Origin: a virus
Lineage: Duplodnaviria; Caudoviricetes
Length of the DNA stretch: 38,883 nucleotides
Reading direction: 5' to 3' (one strand)
Virus record (IMG/VR): IMGVR_UViG_3300037722_000236
Span: 1 to 38,883 of that record
Positions 27,143-34,349 of the stretch are shown here, piece after piece. The stretch's first letter is position 1, and every line of letters begins with the position of its first letter. The position numbers and the translations under genes are program-made. The notes under the pieces were generated by a model. That model was not told the origin of the DNA, ran no database searches, and saw only the letters and a program-made list of their open reading frames with translations.

Positions 27143-27158
27143 ACAACACTTCATGTAA

Positions 27159-27189
27159 CGGTTTTATCTATCGTTCGATTCGATAGCCG
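27159..27189 (+). ncRNA. T-loop hairpin in intergenic leader
   Basis: CTATCG-TTCGATT-CGATAG stacked on CGG/CCG. Confidence 0.45.
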
Positions 27190-27226
27190 GGAACTAAATT
27201 TAATTTAAACCTTTAATACAACTACT

Positions 27227-27415
27227 ATGAAAACTTATTCTGCAACCGTTCACGAAAAATACAGCGTTAGACAACTGTCAGTAAGCGACAACTTAAAAGA
27301 TATTGAAAGAGGAATAAAAAGCTGTCATCTAAAAGAAGGAGCTTATATAAAAGTTGAGAAAAACGGTTCTTTCTTTGCTCACATTACAGACACAAAAAAT
27401 TTCAATTTAATTTAA
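27227..27415 (+). CDS. Small early protein
   Basis: 62 aa, MKT start, A-rich leader. Confidence 0.65.
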   Translation: MKTYSATVHEKYSVRQLSVSDNLKDIERGIKSCHLKEGAYIKVEKNGSFFAHITDTKNFNLI

Positions 27416-27433
27416 ACCTTAAAAATTAGAATC

Positions 27434-27577
27434 ATGAAAACAACAACTACACAACAACAAGCGGACAAAGCAGCAGCAAAATTTATCAATGTTCTTTTAA
27501 TTGGCTTCGCCATTACTTTATCAGTTTTCTTACTTGACTGGTTTCTTCCTGCCTTATTTAAAGGTATTATTTTTTAA
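27434..27577 (+). CDS. Small membrane protein (47 aa, below track cutoff)
   Basis: MKTTTTQQQADKAAAKFINVLLIGFAITLSVFLLDWFLPALFKGIIF. Confidence 0.65.
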   Translation: MKTTTTQQQADKAAAKFINVLLIGFAITLSVFLLDWFLPALFKGIIF

Positions 27578-27610
27578 CTTTTTGACGGTCAAACTTTTAA
27601 ATACAGAAAA

Positions 27611-27958
27611 ATGAAAACAAAGAAAGATTTTTTAAGCAATTATTCTAGCAATCCTGAACTAGCAGAAGTAACACTAACCCAAGGCGGTTTATCATGGGCC
27701 GAAATTGCACAAATGATGTGGGACGCATACGCAGCCAACACGGGAGCGGTTCCGGGAATGGTTTATTATTCCGATACAGTAAAATTTGCAAAGAAGAATC
27801 ATTTAGAAATTTTACAGCAACTTGATGAATTTGAATATGAGTGTGGGCGGATTGAAAGCAAACCAAAAGCAACCGATGAAACCCAATATTTTAATTGGCT
27901 TGCTTGGTTTGCATGGGAGAACACAATGAGCGAAGTATTAAACTATTTAGAATCATAG
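27611..27958 (+). CDS. Conserved acidic early protein
   Basis: GMVYYSDTVKF...NWLAWFAWE motif, recurrent in phage early regions. Confidence 0.7.
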   Translation: MKTKKDFLSNYSSNPELAEVTLTQGGLSWAEIAQMMWDAYAANTGAVPGMVYYSDTVKFAKKNHLEILQQLDEFEYECGRIESKPKATDETQYFNWLAWFAWENTMSEVLNYLES

Positions 27959-28058
27959 CGGTGGCCAGTCCGCACCCCTTCATGGGGAATTGTGAGCCGT
28001 CCGGCTTTTTGCCGGATGTAAACAAACTATATTTATTAATCACTTAAAAACTATTATC

Positions 28059-28298
28059 ATGAAAGTATTTAGCGAAATTTCAATCAGCGATTTTAACGCA
28101 TGGAGCGGAGCAATCAGCACTAAAGAAGCAATTTTAGAAGCAGACAAGGAGGCGGGCTTTGATGCATTGATCGAAGACCTTTATCCAGATGGGATTGATG
28201 AAACTCAGTTAAACGACCTTTTAAGGTTTGATTCTGAATGGATTTTTGAGTCGCTTGGCATGAGCGAAGAAGAAGAAGAAGAAGAAGAAAACAACTAA
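28059..28298 (+). CDS. Highly acidic early protein
   Basis: FNAWSGA...ETQLNDLLRF with a poly-Glu tail. Confidence 0.75.
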   Translation: MKVFSEISISDFNAWSGAISTKEAILEADKEAGFDALIEDLYPDGIDETQLNDLLRFDSEWIFESLGMSEEEEEEEENN

Positions 28299-28310
28299 AA
28301 AACTGGCATC

Positions 28311-28424
28311 ATGAAACACGAACACAAAAAAGCGTTAATTGCTTCTATATTAACTGGTTTAGGCTTGCTAATTATAGTGAGTTTGGAATCTATTATTGAT
28401 AAATTACTATTGTTAATCTTTTAA
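28311..28424 (+). CDS. Small membrane peptide (37 aa)
   Basis: MKHEHKKALIASILTGLGLLIIVSLESIIDKLLLLIF. Confidence 0.55.
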   Translation: MKHEHKKALIASILTGLGLLIIVSLESIIDKLLLLIF

Positions 28425-28435
28425 AAAACTAAATC

Positions 28436-28696
28436 ATGAAAAAATACACTATTAAGAAAAAAAGAGCTGGGCAATTTTTTAAGGAGGTCGGCGAATTTTT
28501 GGCTGTAAGTTGGCAGCATGCTAAAAAAGAATTTACGAGCCGTTGCTTTAACGATATGGCTTTGGATATCTCTTTTAAAAACGAAAACGAGGTATTGATT
28601 CGCATTGACGGAACCGGGACGGATAAGATTGACCTATCAAAACCGTTTGACACTTTTAAAGATGATGTTTTTATCTGGACAATAAAAAAAGTATGA
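28436..28696 (+). CDS. Small early protein
   Basis: 86 aa, A-rich leader. Confidence 0.65.
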   Translation: MKKYTIKKKRAGQFFKEVGEFLAVSWQHAKKEFTSRCFNDMALDISFKNENEVLIRIDGTGTDKIDLSKPFDTFKDDVFIWTIKKV

Positions 28697-28729
28697 ATTA
28701 CAGCCCAATAAATAACGGGCTTTCGCCTT

Positions 28730-28790
28730 CCCTCGGTGGTAAATTAAGCCTAAAAAGCTTAATTAAATAGGTTCGAATCCTATGAGGGCA
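28730..28790 (+). ncRNA. tRNA-like element in leader
   Basis: CCCTC/GAGGG stem, AATTAAGC/GCTTAATT arm, and T-arm ATAGG-TTCGAAT-CCTAT. Confidence 0.55.
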
Positions 28791-28818
28791 CAAATTTTTA
28801 AACCTAAAAAATACAGTT

Positions 28819-28905
28819 ATGGAACTTTACAAACATGCAATGGTTGAATACAACGATGAATGTTTGGCTGCATTGGAAGAAGTTAAAAAAGAAATGAACC
28901 TTTAA
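28819..28905 (+). CDS. Very small ORF (28 aa)
   Basis: MELYKHAMVEYNDECLAALEEVKKEMNL behind an AACCTAAAAAA leader. Confidence 0.45.
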   Translation: MELYKHAMVEYNDECLAALEEVKKEMNL

Positions 28906-28916
28906 TAAATAAAGAA

Positions 28917-29159
28917 ATGAAAGCAAAAGATTTAACAAAGCATGAAGTTTATGAATCCTCGTTATATCATTTTTTGTTGCAATACACGGGCAACACTACA
29001 GAACGAAATGACTGGGGAGAAATAACCAAACTTTACGAGTTTCGAATTATAAGCTTTAAAAAACACGATCCTGTTTTTGATTCGCTTAAAAATATGAAGT
29101 TTTATAAAAGTGCTTCAGGGCTTAAATATTTTCAACCATACAACTATAAGACAAACTAA
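28917..29159 (+). CDS. Small early protein
   Basis: 80 aa. Confidence 0.65.
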   Translation: MKAKDLTKHEVYESSLYHFLLQYTGNTTERNDWGEITKLYEFRIISFKKHDPVFDSLKNMKFYKSASGLKYFQPYNYKTN

Positions 29160-29160
29160 A

Positions 29161-29319
29161 ATGAAAGCACCTATCTTTTTTATTATGGTCTGTCTTTTAT
29201 CTATGTTGATAGCTGACTTATTGAACTACGACTTACTTTTTAGACTGTCTGCCGGGTTATTTTTAATCCCGTGGGCATGGATATTAATTTTAGTTATAAC
29301 CAGTCAAAGAACCAATTAA
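29161..29319 (+). CDS. Small membrane protein
   Basis: MKAPIFFIMVCLL... with two hydrophobic segments. Start reset to ATG 29161. Confidence 0.6.
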   Translation: MKAPIFFIMVCLLSMLIADLLNYDLLFRLSAGLFLIPWAWILILVITSQRTN

Positions 29320-29386
29320 AACCGTAAAAAACCGACTCCATGCAGTTGTAAAAAATAGCTGTGTGGAGTCATAAAAAACTAATCAA

Positions 29387-29665
29387 ATGAATACAAAACA
29401 AGCTAAAAAAGCCTGCAAATTAAGGTATTTTTCGAGCTTGACCGCTAAGCAAAAAGATGAAACACAGAAGTTTGTTTGTCGGTTATTGGCTGTAAAAAAT
29501 CCTGATTTTATTGATCCTTCATTATGGGGAGTCTTATTCGATGTTTCTTTTGATCAAATTATCGCCACAAAAAACGAAGCGGATAAATATCTAGTTGGTC
29601 AATGTTTTAGGTATAAAACACTTTGGCTACCGATCGCTGTAAAAAACTTAACCGTAAAAAACTAG
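29387..29665 (+). CDS. Hypothetical protein
   Basis: 92 aa. Confidence 0.6.
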   Translation: MNTKQAKKACKLRYFSSLTAKQKDETQKFVCRLLAVKNPDFIDPSLWGVLFDVSFDQIIATKNEADKYLVGQCFRYKTLWLPIAVKNLTVKN

Positions 29666-29669
29666 TACG

Positions 29670-29915
29670 ATGAAAAACCGATCTATAAAAAACTTAAAGT
29701 TTGAAGACATAAAAAACGTGTGTTCAGATTATAAAAAACTGGCAATCCTTAACGAAGCGTTTGACAATGTTCTTTCATCCGGTCTGTGGGATGAAGATAT
29801 TGAAACGGAACTTAAAAAGATGGAGAAATCTATCTTAGACTTTCTTTGTAAAAAACAGCATGAAGCGGCTGTAATGCAAAAAGAATTTATCCAGAATGAG
29901 AAAAACAAAAAGTAA
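29670..29915 (+). CDS. Hypothetical protein
   Basis: 81 aa. Confidence 0.6.
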   Translation: MKNRSIKNLKFEDIKNVCSDYKKLAILNEAFDNVLSSGLWDEDIETELKKMEKSILDFLCKKQHEAAVMQKEFIQNEKNKK

Positions 29916-29955
29916 AAAACGCAGCATAAAAAATCAACATTAAATCATAAAAAAC

Positions 29956-30147
29956 ATGAAAGACTTATTCGAAAGACCAGAAAAACTACCTGAACCTGTA
30001 AAAAACATCGTTGAAAAATACGGTAAAAAACAGGAGCTTGACTATGAAGACTGTGAAAACTTCCTGAAAGAACTGAAACCGCTTGGATATAAATTTAAGT
30101 ACGGGCTGGATGCTGTTCCTTTTAATCTTATGAAGGTCAAACCGTAA
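29956..30147 (+). CDS. Conserved small phage protein
   Basis: DLFERPEKLP...GYKFKYGLDAVPFNL. Confidence 0.7.
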   Translation: MKDLFERPEKLPEPVKNIVEKYGKKQELDYEDCENFLKELKPLGYKFKYGLDAVPFNLMKVKP

Positions 30148-30160
30148 AAAACTAACCAAC

Positions 30161-30460
30161 ATGAGTACTCAATTACAGCTACATTTGCATTTTGACGATA
30201 GTTTTTGCCAATATCACAGCGAAAACCCACAGATATATGCTGAGTTTGAAAAAACAGCCTTAAAAGCCGTAAAATACAGAAGTCGTTTTGGCGCAAAGGC
30301 TATTTTTGAAATAATTCGATGGAATACGATGGTCAGCGGAAATGACGGATTCAAAGTAAATAACAATTATACCTCTTTTTACGCTCGGTTATTTGAGCTT
30401 AAACATCCTCAACATGCAGGATTATTCTCAAAACGGAAAAGTAAATTTGATAACTTGTAA
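30161..30460 (+). CDS. Conserved phage protein (HxxNP...IRW...FKxNNN...YAR)
   Basis: Motif pattern visible in the translation. Confidence 0.75.
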   Translation: MSTQLQLHLHFDDSFCQYHSENPQIYAEFEKTALKAVKYRSRFGAKAIFEIIRWNTMVSGNDGFKVNNNYTSFYARLFELKHPQHAGLFSKRKSKFDNL

Positions 30461-30478
30461 AAAACTAATCCATAAAAA

Positions 30479-30691
30479 ATGAGCAAAATACAAGATGAGA
30501 TTCGGTCAGCCATAAAAAACAGGTTGACCGATAAAAAACTGACCAATAAAAAACTATGCGAAGCCTGTGATTTTAGCACGACTTCATTCTCTCTGTATCT
30601 CCATAAAAAACGAGATATCCCGATTGAAGTAGCTGAAAGAATGGCTGAATACCTGGGAATTGAAATAACTGTTGACGGAAACGAAATCTAA
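30479..30691 (+). CDS. XRE/Cro-family helix-turn-helix regulator
   Basis: LTNKKLCEACDFSTTSFSLYLHKKRDIPIEVAERMAEYLG. Confidence 0.85.
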   Translation: MSKIQDEIRSAIKNRLTDKKLTNKKLCEACDFSTTSFSLYLHKKRDIPIEVAERMAEYLGIEITVDGNEI

Positions 30692-30702
30692 AAAACTAAG
30701 GC

Positions 30703-31113
30703 ATGAAAAAGTTTAAGGAATATAAAAAATTCAACCCTAAAATCGAACCGATATCGATAAAAGTTATTGATGTTGACGGTCAAATACTCGACTATATTGT
30801 AACTGAAATCAAAGATGCTCAAACAAAACATCTGTACGATGAAACGTATGAGGCAAAGATAGAATTTACTATTATGGTCGGTGACTACGAAATGGACGTA
30901 AAAGCCGTAAAAAATGATGAATTTATCATTTATCCGGCTGATCATGAATATCCTATGGATTCAAAACTAATCGGAAGAACAATTTATGACCTGAAAATAA
31001 TCCTTTGGGGCTTGGATGGTCAGGAAATGAATTTTCGATATATAACTAATGATATTGACCTTAATGCTGATGAATTTAGAGCAAAAGTTGAGAAAATGAG
31101 TTGTAAGGTATGA
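30703..31113 (+). CDS. Hypothetical acidic protein
   Basis: 136 aa. Confidence 0.65.
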   Translation: MKKFKEYKKFNPKIEPISIKVIDVDGQILDYIVTEIKDAQTKHLYDETYEAKIEFTIMVGDYEMDVKAVKNDEFIIYPADHEYPMDSKLIGRTIYDLKIILWGLDGQEMNFRYITNDIDLNADEFRAKVEKMSCKV

Positions 31114-31162
31114 CAATAAAAAATAAACTAAAAACTAGTTACAAAACTATAAATCAAAGAAC

Positions 31163-32332
31163 ATGAAAACACAAACTGTACATTTTACAATCGGAGAAAA
31201 TGCGGGGGCGTTATTGATGCAGATAGCACAGGAGCATTTAACCTATGGGCTTGACCCACTAAAATCACTCAAAACTATTTGCGATTCGCTTGTTGGGTGT
31301 TCTGTCGAGCTTGCAAAGAAAATCATAATTGGCGATGTTATCCTGACCGTTGATGTTGAAAATCAAGTTTTCGAGGCTGAAAGATATAATGAACAAAAAC
31401 ATTCAGATGGCTTTAATAGGCTGGATATAGTAGAATGGGTTCGACGCAAGCACAAAAAGATTGGTAATGATGGAAGAATGTTTCATCGTGCAATGGAAAA
31501 TGTAATGTTAAGAAGCCGTAAGGGGTTTTCACTTGAACTCGACTTATCAGATATTCTTGATACATTGGAAGGAAAGAATAAGAAAATTCTGGACAGACTA
31601 AGAGAAGATCGCGACATATTAAATTTGTCAGACTTGCTTCGCGGGGTGAAAAAATACATTGAAGAATCGGAGAAGTTATATCAGGTATTTGAAATTTTGA
31701 AAAAATGGTATCCCGAAAGGTTTGATGTCACGATATATAAAGGAGAGGCATACAACAACAGCCAGTTCCTTTATGTAGACACAGGTCGTCACCAAGTTTT
31801 GGACATGTGTACAACGAGGTTTCGGAACTTAATGAATTCAAACTTGGACGAAATTGGAAGAATGGAAGACGAACTTGTTGAATACATTAAAGCCGAGAAC
31901 AAGATACATGATCAGCTAAGCAAGAAAATAAGTCCTAATCCTATATCTGATTTGAACGATGCCAGCTGGATTGCTCCGAATGGAGACCACTACGGGATGA
32001 ATGGGACAATCGCTAATATGATTCACAACCAAATTGCAGATAAGCTTGCAGAGGATGGCATAATCACCGTGCCTGATAAAGATATGTCTCCAGATACATT
32101 TATGCGACAGGAAGGCTGGATAACCATTCATAACGGATGGGTTTTATACGATGGATACTATCATGGGAATGAGATAACAAAAGAGCAACAGAATGCCTTG
32201 TGTCTTTTTGGCCAGCACTACGGACTCAAAACTGGTAAAATGCCAGTATTTGGATTAGAAAAAAAGCCAATCTCAGGCGTGAGAATCCAGATGATGGACA
32301 AGTTATCTATCAAGAAATTATTTACTCTTTAA
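31163..32332 (+). CDS. Hypothetical protein with C-terminal WxxPxG..H..GW domain
   Basis: 389 aa; ASWIAPNGDHY...HNQIA...EGWITIH. Confidence 0.75.
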   Translation: MKTQTVHFTIGENAGALLMQIAQEHLTYGLDPLKSLKTICDSLVGCSVELAKKIIIGDVILTVDVENQVFEAERYNEQKHSDGFNRLDIVEWVRRKHKKIGNDGRMFHRAMENVMLRSRKGFSLELDLSDILDTLEGKNKKILDRLREDRDILNLSDLLRGVKKYIEESEKLYQVFEILKKWYPERFDVTIYKGEAYNNSQFLYVDTGRHQVLDMCTTRFRNLMNSNLDEIGRMEDELVEYIKAENKIHDQLSKKISPNPISDLNDASWIAPNGDHYGMNGTIANMIHNQIADKLAEDGIITVPDKDMSPDTFMRQEGWITIHNGWVLYDGYYHGNEITKEQQNALCLFGQHYGLKTGKMPVFGLEKKPISGVRIQMMDKLSIKKLFTL

Positions 32333-32381
32333 GATTAGCTTTCTGAAACTCTAAAAAACTTCAATATTTCTTAAAAAACTA

Positions 32382-32412
32382 TTTGCTATTTAAAAAATAA
32401 GCTTTACTTTTA
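32382..32412 (+). promoter_or_regulatory. Bacteroidota-type promoter
   Basis: TTTG-N19-TACTTTTA. Confidence 0.6.
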
Positions 32413-32444
32413 CACAGCAAGCAAGCAAGTAATATTTGAAGTAT

Positions 32445-32669
32445 ATGAAAAAGTTAAAGATAAAAAATAGCAAGCCAGAGGCTAAAGGTCCAAAGCCGAT
32501 AGAGCCAACTTTAAGAATTATGGATGTAAATGACGAACAAGTTTTTTCTGCTAAAAAATCACCATCTGTAATATCAGGAATGAGGCGTGTAAACATAACC
32601 TCTGGTAAGGTCTTCAAATCAAAAATCAACAGAACTTCGGGAACTATTTCTGTTACCCGTATTTCATAA
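32445..32669 (+). CDS. Small basic, probably nucleic-acid-binding protein
   Basis: Lys/Arg-rich; first gene behind the 32382 promoter. Start reset to ATG 32445. Confidence 0.6.
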   Translation: MKKLKIKNSKPEAKGPKPIEPTLRIMDVNDEQVFSAKKSPSVISGMRRVNITSGKVFKSKINRTSGTISVTRIS

Positions 32670-32677
32670 AAAACAAA

Positions 32678-33025
32678 CTGACCTCACAGTATAAAACGAG
32701 AAGAAGGTACGAGACTGACCTAAAACAGTCCAGCATTGCACGATGAAAAAACCTAATTAGTTAGGTAATGACAAAAGAAAGCCTTGCTAATGATCTAAAC
32801 AGAAATGTTTAATTAGATTGACTTAAAATTATGATGGTCAGTCTAATATACGATAAAAAGGCGTGGTCGCCTTTGGATACGTCCAGAAATAAAGACCAAT
32901 AAAACTCTGTCAATTTATTGATACAACACACAAGGGTTTCTTTGATTCAGCGACAAAAACTGCTTAGTCAAAATGTTCGGTATTAGAGTCAGTTCCGATC
33001 AGAATCAAAGTTTAGGAGTGTGTTT
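32678..33025 (+). ncRNA. Candidate multi-domain structured RNA with possible pseudoknots
   Basis: ORF-free, with a dense series of stems (see findings). Confidence 0.5.
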
Positions 33026-33028
33026 TTA

Positions 33029-33150
33029 TGGAGTATAGCAGAAATGTGATGGAGAATATGATCTTTTATAGGTAAAGAAAGTTAAGCTAGATAATACTTC
33101 ACGGCTATAAATAGTAGTGTTCTATTTGGGTTCGATTCCCAATACTCCAC
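33029..33150 (+). ncRNA. tRNA-like RNA with expanded central domain (122 nt)
   Basis: Acceptor TGGAGTA/TACTCCA, TAGC at positions 8-11, T-arm TTGGG-TTCGATT-CCCAA. No normal anticodon arm. Confidence 0.65.
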
Positions 33151-33220
33151 GATTTTTCTCAGGCTTGCGAGACCCTGCAACACCAGATGCATAGCAGGCC
33201 ACAACCTTTACAGATTCCCA

Positions 33221-33255
33221 AAGGACATCTTAATTTCAAGGTGTCCTTACTTTTT
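33221..33255 (+). terminator. Intrinsic terminator
   Basis: AAGGACATCTT-AATTTC-AAGGTGTCCTT-ACTTTTT. Confidence 0.65.
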
Positions 33256-33268
33256 AAAAACTTAACTC

Positions 33269-33526
33269 ATGAATGAAAGACTAATTGTACCCGTTGTTTT
33301 TGGAGTACTATTTATTGCGATCTGTCTGTTCTATTATTTAGCAGAAAAAGACGAAGACAAAGAGCAATCCGAAGAAATAGACGAATCAGAAATGCACGCT
33401 CAAAACAGATACGACACGACTACTGAGGGTCGGACACTACCCAAAGAACCTCACAATGACTATACAGTCTATTGCGATACGGACGAAATTGAAAAAAAGA
33501 GTGACCAACAAGTATTTATGAATTAA
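33269..33526 (+). CDS. Membrane-anchored acidic protein
   Basis: N-terminal transmembrane helix. Confidence 0.65.
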   Translation: MNERLIVPVVFGVLFIAICLFYYLAEKDEDKEQSEEIDESEMHAQNRYDTTTEGRTLPKEPHNDYTVYCDTDEIEKKSDQQVFMN

Positions 33527-33539
33527 AACCTAAAAAATC

Positions 33540-33926
33540 ATGGCAGCACAAATTATTCTAATGTTAATCGGAGTTGCAGCTATTGTATTAATAGCTTATT
33601 TTGCAACAAGTAATTACTTTTTGACTGATGAAAACGAATCTCTTACACAAGACTTGGAACACTATAAGTTAAAGGTCGAACGTTTGGAATCAGATGTTGA
33701 AAAGCTAACAAACGATGCAATCTTTGACGATGTTCACAAAATGAAACTTGATGAGAAAATCGTTGACCTGAAAGAAGATTTGGTATGTGCAAAGCAAGTA
33801 TCGAATGTATTCTGTAAGCTCTTAGAAAACGCTAACGATGAACTTGACAAATACAAACCCATTCAAGGAAAGGACGGCAAATACATTAAAAAACCACGTA
33901 AAGATGAAACAGCAGAATTACACTGA
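33540..33926 (+). CDS. Membrane-anchored coiled-coil protein
   Basis: N-terminal TM helix, coiled coil, C-terminal GKDGKYIK. Confidence 0.7.
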   Translation: MAAQIILMLIGVAAIVLIAYFATSNYFLTDENESLTQDLEHYKLKVERLESDVEKLTNDAIFDDVHKMKLDEKIVDLKEDLVCAKQVSNVFCKLLENANDELDKYKPIQGKDGKYIKKPRKDETAELH

Positions 33927-34185
33927 TCCAGACAACCGACCATCAACAAACAGTGAAATGGTGAATGAGAGTAAAAAACGGTTGAAAGCCAAAGGCATAA
34001 AATCACCCAATACAACCGAAATGCCTTTTGTTATTCACGATACCTTGTCAAGAGCTACCTATTATTTTAGGAAAGAGTCTTGTTATGTGAATAAATACAA
34101 GTTACTGACCCAAGATTCACTTGGGGAACACCTGATATTAAGTCATCCTGAATTATGCACGAAAATGACTACTGTTTTAAATTGA
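33904..34185 (+). CDS. Hypothetical protein
   Basis: Start reset to MKQQNY (33904). Confidence 0.55.
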   Translation: MKQQNYTDPDNRPSTNSEMVNESKKRLKAKGIKSPNTTEMPFVIHDTLSRATYYFRKESCYVNKYKLLTQDSLGEHLILSHPELCTKMTTVLN

Positions 34186-34349
34186 CCAATGAAACTTATT
34201 TGATGGTCGATTATTTAAAGAACGAAGTCAAATTATATCACTTAGATCAATTTCTAAAGACCTACCGATATGAATCAAGTATTGTGATCGGTGATGTTGA
34301 AAAATTAAAAGAACGAGTTAAAAACGATATTAAAATAGAAATACAATGA
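34155..34349 (+). CDS. Hypothetical protein
   Basis: 64 aa, coupled to the downstream gene. Confidence 0.55.
   Translation: MHENDYCFKLTNETYLMVDYLKNEVKLYHLDQFLKTYRYESSIVIGDVEKLKERVKNDIKIEIQ

Larger units (their letters stand above)
29325..30696 (+). repeat. Dispersed, strand-specific TAAAAAAC motif cluster (19 exact copies)
   Basis: Copies start at 29325, 29372, 29640, 29655, 29686, 29710, 29732, 29849, 29913, 29948, 29999, 30024, 30145, 30458, 30513, 30532, 30547, 30604 and 30689. Confidence 0.85.

Noticed and set aside
29325-30696. CRISPR array or tandem repeat
   Set aside because: The repeat is only 8 nt, spacing is irregular, and it lies inside genes.
32678-32702. preQ1-I riboswitch
   Set aside because: The hairpin plus A-rich tail is similar in shape, but the conserved loop nucleotides and queuosine gene context are missing.
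33151-33215. Theta/HDV-like ribozyme after the tRNA-like element
   Set aside because: A 7-bp stem exists, but I could not build the nested double pseudoknot. A covariance-model search would be needed.
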